64,000 nt of DNA from Ylistrum balloti. Taxonomy: Eukaryota. The position numbers and the translations under genes are program-made. The stretch is taken from the NCBI RefSeq assembly GCF_031769215.1, contig NW_026782152.1, positions 806,001-870,000 of the forward strand. Direction: 5' to 3'. Below, in pieces: positions 23,097-35,600 of the stretch. Position 1 is the first letter of the stretch, and every line of letters begins with the position of its first letter. The notes beneath the pieces were generated by a model. That model was not told the origin of the DNA. It saw nothing but the letters and a program-made list of their open reading frames with translations, and did no database searches.

Positions 23097-23180
23097 CAGA
23101 AATCAGGTTCCTTCAGGACAAACACTGTGGTGGAGTGACAGAAATCAAGTTCCTTCCAAAACAAACACTGTAGTGGAGTA
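23097..23180. repeat. About 42-bp imperfect tandem duplication
   Basis: cagaaatcaggttccttcaggacaaacactgtggtggagt repeated with substitutions, about 550 bp upstream of the Ig gene ATG. Confidence 0.7.
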
Positions 23181-24331
23181 CCAGAACAGGCCAATAACTT
23201 AGACACAAAAGCACGCAAGTATAGGAACCGGAAGGGATGGCAGAGTACATATATCCTCACCTAGGAATGAATGCTACCAAATCTTGAATTCATTCGAATA
23301 GTGATACGATTCAATATATAGACATGTTATCAAGGTTATTCCAAAATTATCAGATATATCTATTTTATCATGGTTCATTGATCGGCTTACGATTGCTGCG
23401 CTGCTATTACTTTGGTGACATTTTTTTTTCAAATTGTGTCAAATTCTGTTTATCCGTGTGCCTTCATCATACTGAGAAATTAACAACACGTACGTTTCGT
23501 CGGTGTACATAACTAGTTGGATTCAATTTCGGAGTGGGTTAAATCATTATTCTTGAAAGCATAAGCAGACTGAAATATAAATTGTTGACAAAAATACAGG
23601 TCACTTTTACTCGATTTACACGTCAGGTATATCACTTGACCTGCAGGTAAGACGTCAAATGACTTGGTCCCTGTCTTTAGACTTCATCAAATTTCCTGCA
23701 CACAAAAAGGATTAGGATTGCCTAATAGTAATAGTAATAATAATAATAATAATAAAAACATTTTTTTCATTATGCAATCTTTTCACAGAAATACATGCTT
23801 CGCTATTACAATCATATGGAATGCCTATTCGTGATATGGATACGGACCTCCCCCGTTTCTAAAACTTCACATTTATCTATATAAACAACGTTTTGTTATT
23901 TGCTAGTCTAGGTGTTCGACCAAACCTTTGTCCAAATTACCAACTAATATTCTTCGAGCTATCAATTAAGTCTTATTGTGGTATTGTTTACTCAAGTGGA
24001 ATAACTGGTACGAGGAATTTAAAGAAATCCAAGTAGCTTTAATATACAGAGGACGGAATAAAAAAAAACGATCGGGTTTCTGGTTAACAACTTCGAGTTT
24101 ATTGGTAAGATCCTCTAACGGACTAAAGCATACTCATTGTTACTATCTGTGCTCTTCTGTTGGCTGACTTGTTTTTGTTTTTATGCGAGGCTGAATGTAT
24201 CGAAGAAATGATAAAAACAGGTCACAAATATGACCTCTTGTCCTAAAATAACAAGACAATGTCCATTGTATCCATCAAAAGCGTAATACTGCAATTTAGA
24301 ATTTTAAGGGTTATAACCAAGCCGTGATTAA

Positions 24332-24570
24332 ATGGTGGATGGTGTTATACACAAATGTTCAGGTTTATACCCAAGCCACGATGAAAGGATCGATGACGTT
24401 ATATCAGAATGTCCAGGTTTAAACATCAGCCTTGATGAAATGATAGTTGGTGTTATAAGACAATGTCCAAGTTTATACCCCAGTCGTGATAAGATGGTGG
24501 ATTTAGTTATATCACAATACCCAAGTTTATACCGATGTCGTGATAAAATAATAGATGCTGTTTTAAATAC
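24332..24570. repeat. 54-bp degenerate minisatellite, about 4.4 copies
   Basis: Units at 24332, 24386, 24440, 24494 and partial 24548; no indels between units. Confidence 0.88.
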
Positions 24571-25572
24571 AAGTATTGTCATATGATTTAGAACCGAGCT
24601 TTGAAGAGCAATGCAGCTTTTTGCTTGATGATCGTTCACTTGTATATTTGATTGAAATAAAGCGGAAAACACTGATAATAAACACGGATGTAAATATCAA
24701 AGGTGTTTGAGTGGAGAGTTTATGCTTTAATTGATTTTAAAACTGTATTCATATATTGTAAAATTAATATGAATGAAAATTAATTTCATGATCATTCTTA
24801 TTATGCATTGTGTATTGAATCGTATAAAGCAGTTATGTGATTTTCAAATATATGCTTATGGTTATATGTAATTTAGGATGCATTGTTTGAAACGTTTGAA
24901 CATATCAAATATCTTAAAGTAAACAATAAAGAATTTATGTCTGTAATTAATGTTGAGTTAGCTTAGTTGTGATTGTTTATTAGATTCGTTTTCCCAGCGT
25001 GTCCTGATCACGGTTATATAGGACCGCGGTTTATAGGAACAAAGGAACAGAATGTATGCTAACATATAAAGGAATGGGTTATACTAACTACGTTGTGTAA
25101 CCATCTTAACAATCTAGTGTTATGGAAAAACGGCATTTCATGAAACGATACATTTCAACTGAACAGACCAGATATGCCAGTGACATCCGAATTGGAATAC
25201 TTTTCATTCAACAGCATCAGTTTATAACAACAAGGAAAAACAGACAAAACAAAACAACAACAAACGGAACAGATAACAAATCGATTGAATTCGTAGAAGA
25301 AACTTTATACAATTCCACTACATGTGATTGAAGATTTCGACACACATAACATTCCAATCAAAGACTAGATTCATGATTCATACAAGAATCAGTTACTAAA
25401 AATTGGTATGCTTCTCGACATAGTAATGCGGTGTTTTTTTAATATCATGATTATTTTTCAGCATTTCTCAAAAATAAAATATTTTCGATATTTGCATTCC
25501 GTTTTGTTTAGCATGTCTACGATTTTGAACTTGACATGTGCAGTTGAAAATGATGATGCTTCACAGTAGATG

Positions 25573-25942
25573 TTATGTTACACTTGAATTACCATTGCAC
25601 GATTTTTCATGTTCACTTTCCAGCACATAAAGTTCGTAACCTTGACAGAGATATCGGACAATGTAAGTAAACACTATATTCCAACTTTCCCGCACTTCCG
25701 GAATGAATTCCTCTCCAATTGCTGTCTCCCAGACGCTCATCAGCACTTTTATATACACAGCGAAATATTCAATGTCAAAACCGTCGAAAGTGGCGTGTCG
25801 TGCGCCAAGCATCAGCAAAGTCTGTTGAATTTCAGTTTTAGGTTTTTCCAAACTATCCACAACTGAATCGACCACCTGCATGAACTTCGTCACGTGATCA
25901 AGAAATATTTTTGACTGTTTCAGGTTGTTTTCGTCCATATAT
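25573..25942 (-). CDS. Globin exon 2 (helices D/E to H)
   Basis: Acceptor tttttcag|A TAT ATG completes the Ser codon of exon 1 (phase 2); FLDHVTKFM (E7 His), LGARHATF (F8 His), EVRESW helix H; TAA stop. Confidence 0.93.
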
Positions 25943-26049
25943 CTGAAAAATACAGAATGACATGGTAAGTTTCCCTTTGGAATACTTTGCTTTTTGTTTT
26001 ACACAAAGAATCCACAAGGGTGCTAAAGGTAATTAAAATCTTATTTTCA

Positions 26050-26600
26050 AATCATGGTTGTCCTGAGGCTGATTTGATAAAAGTACATTTGTTAGTTACC
26101 TCAAGATTAAAATGGGTGTTTTCAATATGGATTATATAAACAATTTCCCTGTCAGAGGTAATTAAGGAAAGTAGGACACAACTGATGCTTACGATAGTTT
26201 CTCGTAAAAAACCCTGACATGTTGTAGTGTCTTTGGAGGGGGATTGATAAATTAGTCACGCGTTTTGATTTTGTGGTTTTTTAATGAAAAAACTAAACAG
26301 CAATTGAGAAAATTTACTTAACTGTTAGGTCACTGGTTTGGAATTATGAAAGAGAAGACACTCAGTGTATAATTGGCAGGATAACGAATTTAAAACAAAT
26401 CTCGGACTGTCTTTTATCATTTTCGTGACCTTAATAACCATATAATGGCATGGGAGTTTTAGTCAATAGTATTCGAAGTGATAAGGAGAAACGGTCATCC
26501 TTGGACAATAAGTCCTTAAGTAACTTTGGATTCAGTCATTGAACTTAGCAGTGTTGTCTCTAGCCTTAGGTCATGAAAAAGTGAGGTATAGGAATGGGCC
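26050..26600 (-). mobile_element. Highly decayed LINE reverse transcriptase remnant (L1/Tx1-like)
   Basis: Frameshifted traces VQG*PFSPY (cf. RQGCPLSP) and MSG..RNYRK (cf. SGLKINYDK) in the expected order. Confidence 0.35.
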
Positions 26601-28149
26601 CAGGCTGTCTAGTTGGTTTGTTTACCGTCCTATAAATAGGTACGTGGTTTTAAAGACGATAAGTACAAGTTCTACGCCATACTTATAGGACACCGAGGTT
26701 GTAAAACAACTATTACGCGTGTCCATAGTTAAATGTGAATGTTCATTTTTTGTAAAGAAATGTTTTTGTCACTTCATAGAATCAACAATACTGGTACTAG
26801 ATGAAGATGATAGACCTACGTTAGGTATGGGTGAATAATCATTAAGTACAACAAAGCTTCAATAGAATTAGACACCCACATTATCTGCGAAATAGACATT
26901 TTGAGATTCTGAAAAATTTTAGCTTTAATAATTTCAACCGGATAGTTACCAATAGATTTAAGAAAAAAACGAGATTGGTGCAGGATGGAATACAAGAGTA
27001 GCCTAAACCTTAATCCTGATGCTTCAGTTAACTATAATCCCGTTAGTCTTGCTCTCTTATCGATTATACTCGTAGTTCCTTTCATCAACATATACATATA
27101 TATTCACGGTACAGTAACGGCATTGTGTGGGTTAGGACACCCGCTGATTGATCAATATGTTATCTCAGTACAAATTATCGAAGGCAATTTTTCACACCCA
27201 TGTTAAGGTCGACATTGATTTAAGTGCGTATGAACCTGTTCCAGAATGTACGAAAAGAATAACAGAAATATAGTTTTCACCTCAAAAATAAAATTCTGGG
27301 GCCCTTACAAATACCAAAGGTTGACCAGTAGCTCGATAATGCAGCATTTCATAATTTTCATATATATCTAATAAATTCGTGTGCATAACCTTGCCACTAT
27401 TCTACTTCATTTTAACCATTTACTTAACTGCAATGTATTGGAGGGTCGATGTATTAATACATCTAGAACTCGTCGATAAACCACTCGAAGCAAGTGTCTA
27501 AACATACCGTCAAACCATATATTTTCCTGAATCTCAATTTTGTTAATTTTTTTCAATAAAAATTCCTATTTCCAGGACAGTTACAATTATAAAATAGCTC
27601 ATACTATTTAATGGACATATGAATTCGTGGACTAAGATTAGCCATCAAATCAATGAAAACTAATCCACGTGAAAATTAATGAGTTTACAGTGTATTAAGA
27701 GACGTAAAAAACAAATGACTATCTGGATAACGTAGATACTCAATGCTCTTTACTTTTGATCGTAAGCTGAGAGATCGTCGTTTTAAGAAAGGGGTTTTGG
27801 TATACAGACATATTTCAGTATCGCACCACTATTAAGTCAGCTTCATTTGCGTACTGTCACAATGAGGCTTACACAAAATCCCATACATTAAATGCATAAT
27901 TCACCGAAAACCGTCCTTAAATGACTCAAGCTCTTAAAAGGACGTTACTCAAAATGAACAAAAAGTACAATGACCTTTCTATGTGTTTTCGACCAATGTC
28001 GTGTACAGGGACTGTAATACCAGGGGAGTCAGCAATGGAAGGGATAAAGAGTAAAAAAGTAGGGCGGTTGGGAGGTTGAAGGCGTTCATTGTTTTGGTAA
28101 GGTAAATATAGAGAAAGTGTAAATCTTCAAAGAAGTGGGAATTAATGAA

Positions 28150-28400
28150 GTTATCTTGTATTGTTTTTTCTTGCTAATACAATTATTTGTTTTCAATATT
28201 CAATGTCTTCCCTTCCAAATAGCTTTACGACTCTCGTATCTTCGCAACATGAGGTCATATTCTTCTTTCATTTGTTATCGTCTGCCATATTTTAATCAAA
28301 TTGAGGTCTCGTTGAACATTTTGCAATTAGATCATCTATTACTTCATGAATGGTTTTCACCATAGCTTCTTTTTCCAACTGAAGCATAAGTTAATCATTT
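28150..28400 (-). mobile_element. Decayed CR1/L2-like RT C-terminal remnant
   Basis: QRDLNLIKIWQ resembles the LQxDLxxIxxW motif of CR1/L2 RTs; little other support. Confidence 0.3.
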
Positions 28401-29319
28401 GAACTTGTTTAATCCTCTCGTTTTCCAAAGCTTCATGTCTATTTTCCTCTTTTCTTAAAATAATAGAATTATCAACCATCTTTACCTAGCAACGAGGAAA
28501 TTAAGCCCCTTCTTTGATCACGTCACATGAATTATTAAGAAAAATAAATTGATTAAGTTCAAACATTTATCGTTATTTGACTTTCGTAAGTAAAGATATC
28601 ATGCTGCAGTTACTCGAAGCGGCCGATCACGGTATTAACCCGCATATATAAGTGTCTGAACATCCTCGAATGTTAGTTAATTCGATATGAAAATGTCATT
28701 TTGACATATTAGAAAAAGAGACAGAAGCACATTCAATCTTGAATTAGCCACAGCGGCGAAGAAGGACGTTATTGCAATTCACATCATTTTGAAAATGCCA
28801 ACTGTAAGTGAATTATTAGCCATGACGCTGTCTTTTTGAAGGACTGCACATGCGGTCATGTATATGGTGTTTTTACAATGAAATTATACCCACTGTCTTT
28901 TGAATGGTCGCTTGAACGACTAAATTTGGGATTTTTACATATATCACTTTCTAACCACTTGTTTTATCCTTAACATTGCCCTATGTTTGGCATTTAGGAG
29001 GATAATTGGTTCTCTCACCCAGCTTTGATATATCAAATAGATTGTAAAAAGGGTAGTAGTGTCTTTGGCGCTCGACACAGACTTGGCTACACAAGACTTC
29101 ATAAACTGATCAACCTATTCACAATAAAATGCCAGTGTACAAGCGATATGAACAGGAAGTTGACTGATCTATCACTTCGCCTCATTCACCATCTTCAAAT
29201 TACCTAAACATGGTGTTGGAAAGTTAAAAAAACAACAACCCGCTTTAATAAACCATTAATCTAAATTGAAGAACCGTGTACTATGCTGATCGTATAACAC
29301 TTCGGTTATAATGTGGTCG

Positions 29320-29440
29320 GATTTGGCGTTATTCTTTGCTAGGCTATGGTATTTCAGTGTGATGACACTATAAAAACGTTCTTAAGTAGCCCAGTCATCC
29401 GCTGACATAGTCTTAAAATGTCTATGTCCAAGCCTCTCGC
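29320..29440 (+). mobile_element. SINE copy (partial)
   Basis: atttcagtgtgatgacactataaaa central motif. Confidence 0.5.
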
Positions 29441-30539
29441 AAGGACATCAAAAAATAAACGAACTGTTTGGAGGTGCACTATGGATTCAATCTTTATATC
29501 AGGTTGAAATGTATAGGAAAAAGGAGACGAATGTCACATTTACAAATACATGATACTTTGCTTGCTAGCTTGTTTTTATGTATATTGCTTTGTTCTCTTA
29601 CAACACAGTTCACTATATCCACTTCGTTAAAGGAACGATTTCGACATCTTTCTTTCAATGATTTTTGTATGTTTTTCCTTGTAGATCTTTATAGTCAAAC
29701 AGTTACTGGTCATTTATGACCGTTTCTGCGTTGATGGACCGTTAAGAAGATGACAATAATATTGTCCTGTGTCCTTTCATTTGAAGACAGCTTCCATATG
29801 TTTCGCATGAACTGGACACATCAATATAAGGATAACTAGCTGCCTTTTCCTTCAGGGCACAATACTCACACAATTAAGCATATAGGTCTATATGTCTTGA
29901 AAGCGTTTGGCGGGATATACATGTCATTTACTGTCCGACGGTCTGCTTTCTCTGTATTCAGGTTATTAAACGCCATTATTGTATTTTAAGTGTCTTTAGT
30001 TAGGAAAGTTTTCATACAAACGAAACACCAGTGTATGTCTATCTAAATCACCCTTTCGTATTTTTCCATCACGCTTTCAAGACCTACGTAGAAAAATCGT
30101 TTTTATTTTATTTTAACGCCCGCGCTGTTTGAAATTAATTGAGCTTTGCTTTTGAGATATTGCTAACATTGTGTAAGCATTTTGCATTTGTAAGAGGCAA
30201 TTGATTATTTTGACCCAGGATGTATATTTGAGTAATCTTGTCTATGATCAGTATAACGATTTTACGACGGTACTGGGTGCTGTTGCCCTGCAGGTAGGGC
30301 GTAAGAAGTGTACCTGCTGTCCCCGTTATATGATCGTGAGAGGCGACACAACTCGGGATATTTATAAATTCACTCATTTCTATTGATCTTTCTCTACTTT
30401 GACACAAACTCCCTTCCGTCCTTTAGCTAAGCGTTCGCCCTTGAGAGGAAGACTACGAGTTTTATCCGGTGGCCGAGACATACATACTTTAAAGGTGCTG
30501 CCTCCTTGCTTAACGTTCAGTATTGTGGTAGCGTTATGT

Positions 30540-30720
30540 TACTGGGGTGTCCTGCTATGAGCGTTCGGCAGCGAAATTCGGTGTGATGGCACTATAAAGG
30601 CGGCTTCAGTACCGCACCATCACAAGGAGGCTTACACGAGGTCTGTACGCTGTTCACTTACAAAGTTATCTGGAACCCTAAACAGCCAGAACGATTATGG
30701 TTTCTCGAAAGACGTTATAA
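30540..30720 (+). mobile_element. SINE copy (partial)
   Basis: ttcggcagcgaaattcggtgtgatggcactataaagg central motif. Confidence 0.5.
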
Positions 30721-32445
30721 AGTTGGCTGGGATTCCCAACAGCCAGACAGAGAATGTTATCTAGATAGACGTAAAGTCTTCAGGGATCCCTAACACTCAG
30801 AACGAAGATGGTTGTCTAGCAAGACATCAACAGGAAGATTAGTATGACGATGGCTGTCAAGGGCGACGCCAACAGAAAGGGTCATATGAAGACAGGTGTT
30901 TAGGGAGACAAAATGGGAGCAACCGATCAGATTTGGTCCATGCAATTTCCAATTTGTAAGAAAGGAAAAATAGTCGTCTCTTACAACAGGCACCGTTAAA
31001 GTGTAAGCATATTCCTTCTCCACTCTTACATGGGTAGGGAATAACTACATCTGCGTTCAGTCTATTACATATTAATTCAATCTGACCACGGATAGATCTA
31101 CAATTAGTCTTAATATGACCCTCCAACCTTGCAAGTTTTTTTAACCAATTAAATCCGTGCAAGGAAGCACGAGCGGTTCACATTCCAAACATTGAATATA
31201 CGCCAAATAAACATATTTATTAGATTCTGTTTATCCTACATTTTTCCATCTGTTTATACTGCAAACGTAGAGGGAATTTTTGTGCATCGGATGTACAATG
31301 TTGTTAAGAGCAGGCGAGATGAGTTTTTGTAATTTGCCAGGACGCCATACACTAAAACGAACTGAGTATTGATAAAATTTGGTGATGGTAGATCGGTCTG
31401 GTTTGGAGATATTCACTTATGTATTCACCTTTCCTACATAACGTATGTGTCTTTCAGGGAGGCGAGTATTCACAGCAGTGACAGTTATGATTAAATCCAT
31501 GTAGCGAAATACTTGGTCTTTTTATTTAATGTTATGGCATTTTAAGTTAACCACTAACTTAGGCAATATCCTAACAAAACAGCATGAGGTTCGAAATGTG
31601 TCATTAATCGCTCAAAATACACAGCAGGTCAACTGATAATATTCCAGCATTTCATTTGGCATTTGTCAACGGCGTCACAGCCACCATACCTATTTATTAA
31701 TGTATATTTAATTTTTTATTAGATACTTGTACTTGTCTTTATCAGTTCTGACTCTAGATATGGATTTATCCATTGGAAGAACCCAGGTTTATTATTACTA
31801 TCACTGATGATATATGGTTGTTGTAAGAATTCGGTCTGATTGATTTTAATTTCATGTCTTTTAAATTGAACCCATTGATTGTTTACGCCATACCCCCACA
31901 AGACAAATCGTACATAGTTTGTTGTTATCGCATCACTAGAGCCAAAGGACAGGTCAACAAATATTTTCAAGGTAAGAACACGTGTGTATTTTGACTTAAT
32001 GTTTGGTATTCCATCACATAGAGAGAATATTGTGTTAACTTCACAACTTTTTTTTCGATAAAAAATCCAAAACAGCTTTAACTTGACATTGACCTAATTT
32101 TGTTAATTAAAAAGAATAGAGGCTTAACTTTGTGACAGAAAATACTGCACTGTGAAATCAACAAGTTGCCAGAGTCCAAAGAGGTCAATGGCCTCTTGTT
32201 TATGTAAGTTGCTTAACAATTTGTTAAGAGGGTGACCGGAACGTGTCTTATAAAGTTCCCTGTTTAACTTACACTTATTTCAAATAATAAACAGCTATGC
32301 TATGAAGTATATTCTATATAAGAAAAAACACACGATGCGTCAGTATATCCTTAACTGATAAATACTAATATTCCTTATTAAAGATATTCTTTCATTGATG
32401 TATTGCCTATATCATATTCCACTGAAGCTTAAACTGTACACTTAC

Positions 32446-32651
32446 GAAAAATTCTTGAAAACCGTTTTGATCCTAGGTTCCTCCAGAAATATCCGAAGGA
32501 ACACCTTTTCTCCGAAGCCAACCATGTCACGTGACAAGATTGGCCAAGTGCTCCGTATCGTGTCAATTTGGTTGTCAGAGAAGTCGGCAGCCTCGTCTTC
32601 AGCAGTGTTGACGTCATTCACTTCAACACTCTTGCTGACGTCACATCCCAT
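32446..32651 (-). CDS. Globin exon 1: N-acylated (globin X/neuroglobin-like) globin
   Basis: MGCDVSK...IRSTWPIL..GEKVFLRIFLEEPRIKTVFKNF (A12 Trp, B10/B14 Phe, C2 Pro, CD1 Phe); donor TC|GTAAGT; with exon 2 gives 191 aa. Confidence 0.93.
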
Positions 32652-35600
32652 ACTGTGGCCACGATTGGCTAATACTCATCATACGTCCTTACTGAAATGA
32701 TAAAAAATGTTATATAGAATGATTTTATAGTTATATTTTTCCTGTATTCTATACTAGAAATTTTTTTATTTTCCCGATACTTCTTTATATTTTATCAATT
32801 GGAAAACCTGCAATACGGGCGACTTTTAGAAACTAACACGGCATATTCAAATTTGAGGCTGAGATAAAATTATTTCTAGCGTCAAGCCCGCTGGAAATTT
32901 GAAACTTTACGAGATTTGTCACAATCCGTGTGCCTTTCTTAGTAATTAAATTTCTCATTTATACAAGTGAACACAATATGAAACGTATTCTCCCAGTTTC
33001 CTTGTTTGATTCCAAAGCAAGTATTCAACAACGATTAGACTGATGAACGAAATCCATGTAACTGTTTAGTAATTCATCAAAATAAACACCTAGAAATTGT
33101 CCGTATATGACAGGGTGTTATGCTTCCATTTCCAGGTTTTGCCATTTGTGAGTGAAGACACTATAAAAGCTTTACTAAGTAGTCCCGTCAGCTATCTACA
33201 CCATCATCATATTTCTAAGCTGTTGCGAAAATGTACTTATTATTATTTCACTAGTAACGGCCATTAACATAGAAAAAGTCATTACTGCCCAGAAAGTTTG
33301 GACAAAAAGGTCAGAGATGAGACGGCATCAAATAGACAATTTTTCTTTAAATCTATGACAAAGCACTCGCACACGAAGGAAATATATGGTTACATCAAGC
33401 AGGTAACTGACAAGTAGCAGGAGATCACTTTGTTACCTATGTTGCATGTCATAGGGATGCCTGATCGATACAATATGTCATTGTTCAAGTCTCATTTGCC
33501 ATTAAACCATGATTCGATGCCCATTTTGTACGTGAATGACCCGGAAACCAATAATTGTTACTATGGTGAAAAGGCACAAGTGTCTTCCGATACGGTTGGT
33601 GGTAGACTCTTCAGAGTCTGGCTAGTATGCAATGAAGCTAGGTACAAATATACCAGTGGTATCACTGCATCGACTATGGAAACCTAAACTACTTGTATTT
33701 AATTCAAAATCGAAGTCTGGCAACCACGCTTGCTTCGATTTCCAGGTCACTTCCCGTGGTCTTTTGTCGGCATACCACAATGTAATTATCTGTTCACGCT
33801 GAATTGCTACCCACTCTAATTAACCCAAACCAATAAGTCAGAGAAGATTAGGCGGATTAATCTCAAACAAAAAGAAGTAAATCAGATGATTTAGGAGCTA
33901 TATATGGTTAGCATAACCAGATGGACTTAGTTACCTCGGTAATACATACGGCGTAATTACAAAGGCAGCTTCATAGAACAACATTACGTTGAAATCCTTA
34001 TCTGTATGGTTTAACCGACAAATACTCGCCGGATTATAATAATTAAAGACTCTTCCTGTGATTTAAAGATGGCGTCAATGGACGTGTACTTGTTATAGGT
34101 ATCAGTTTTATTTCTGAGTATAGTATCATTTTTGTTTTTGTGTACAAGGTTATTTTCCTTTAAAAATATAATTTCAAACCGTAAATGACAAAATAAAAGC
34201 TTTCATATCACACCAAGGCTTTCTGGGTAATCTCTTCATCAGATTTTGATTTATCTGTATCAATGACAGTCTTGAGGTACGGAAGGAAATGGTTACAATT
34301 GGTCTCATATTGCTATATATAAAAAAATGCAACAACCCCAACCCCACCCCCGCCCCCGAAAATGTTGATCCCCGAATACAATGACAAAAAACATGTAATT
34401 TATTTACGTAAGGATAATAAAACAACAACTGATCATATGATTCATTACACAATCTATTTTCAATAAAGATGGCAGTATTTGAATGAAATCATTTGCTTTC
34501 AATTAAAACAGTGATTACATAAAAATAAACTAAACGATGACCGAGGAACGCATTCATATTTTTTTGGGTGCATTACGTAACTGAAAATGGTAGGACGAAT
34601 AGCCTGGGGCTTGATTACAATATAAGTACGTTGTAATATACCGAACAAGTAACTTAAAATGATCAAGAGTACGAGGTTATTTAGCTGCAAGTGCTCAGGT
34701 TCTCCCTATGTTGGTTAGAAATGAGAATCCTTGAGGGTCCCGACGATAGTACATCCACAAATTATCCTGCGAACTCAGCACAATAAGCCGAGCCTATCGA
34801 CCGGTATTCTAATTTTGAACGTAATTTAGCAGAGTTGAAACCAAACTAATAGAATTACGGTTTGTAATAGAAGTACATTGGTTTAGCTTAATCAGTAATT
34901 TTATTCCGTACTAACAGTTGTTCTTATCCCAAATTTAACGAGCCTGTTTGTTTTGTTTAACATTTGAGTCGCAGACCACCGCTACACAATTAGCGAGCCC
35001 CAGCGCATGACATTATACAGTTTTAGACTAGGTAGAAGAGAAGTACTGTAAGATGATTGTTCAGAAAACACAAAAGTGAATAGCAACTTTCATTTCAAAT
35101 TTGAACTTAGATACAGTAAAGCCAAATATTGAATCATGCATTATAAAGCCGTTTCGCTCTTCTAAAACTCGTTAATGATGCCAAGGTCCTAAATATTTAT
35201 GCTTGGGGGTGGGGGGCGATTATAGAAAACGAAATTTGGAAAAAAAACAGAAACGTCAAAATCAATATGGGGAAGTACACTAACCGCATGATTTAAAAAT
35301 AGCAATCTTTATATATCTGATAATTAGAAAAGAACAAGTATCTTCAGAAACTTGTTACTATGCGAATTTATTAAGATGTGACATAGCAACATAAAGGTTA
35401 CAGTTAACCCCTGGGATAAAAAATCAACTAGCAGCGTCTACCACCTACAGTCTCGAAGACTGTACAACAGACATCCAAATCATTAACATCTTTCTACACA
35501 AATGAAGAATGAGAGTAGGACCAAATGATGAATTAAACTGAATCTTTCTCAAGGACCCTTTGGTGATGTTATAGGCCTAAAACGGATGAATTGATTAAGA

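Noticed and set aside
24942-25111. Possible solo LTR (TG...CA, TATA and AATAAA on the minus strand)
   Set aside because: No target-site duplication, PBS or PPT found.
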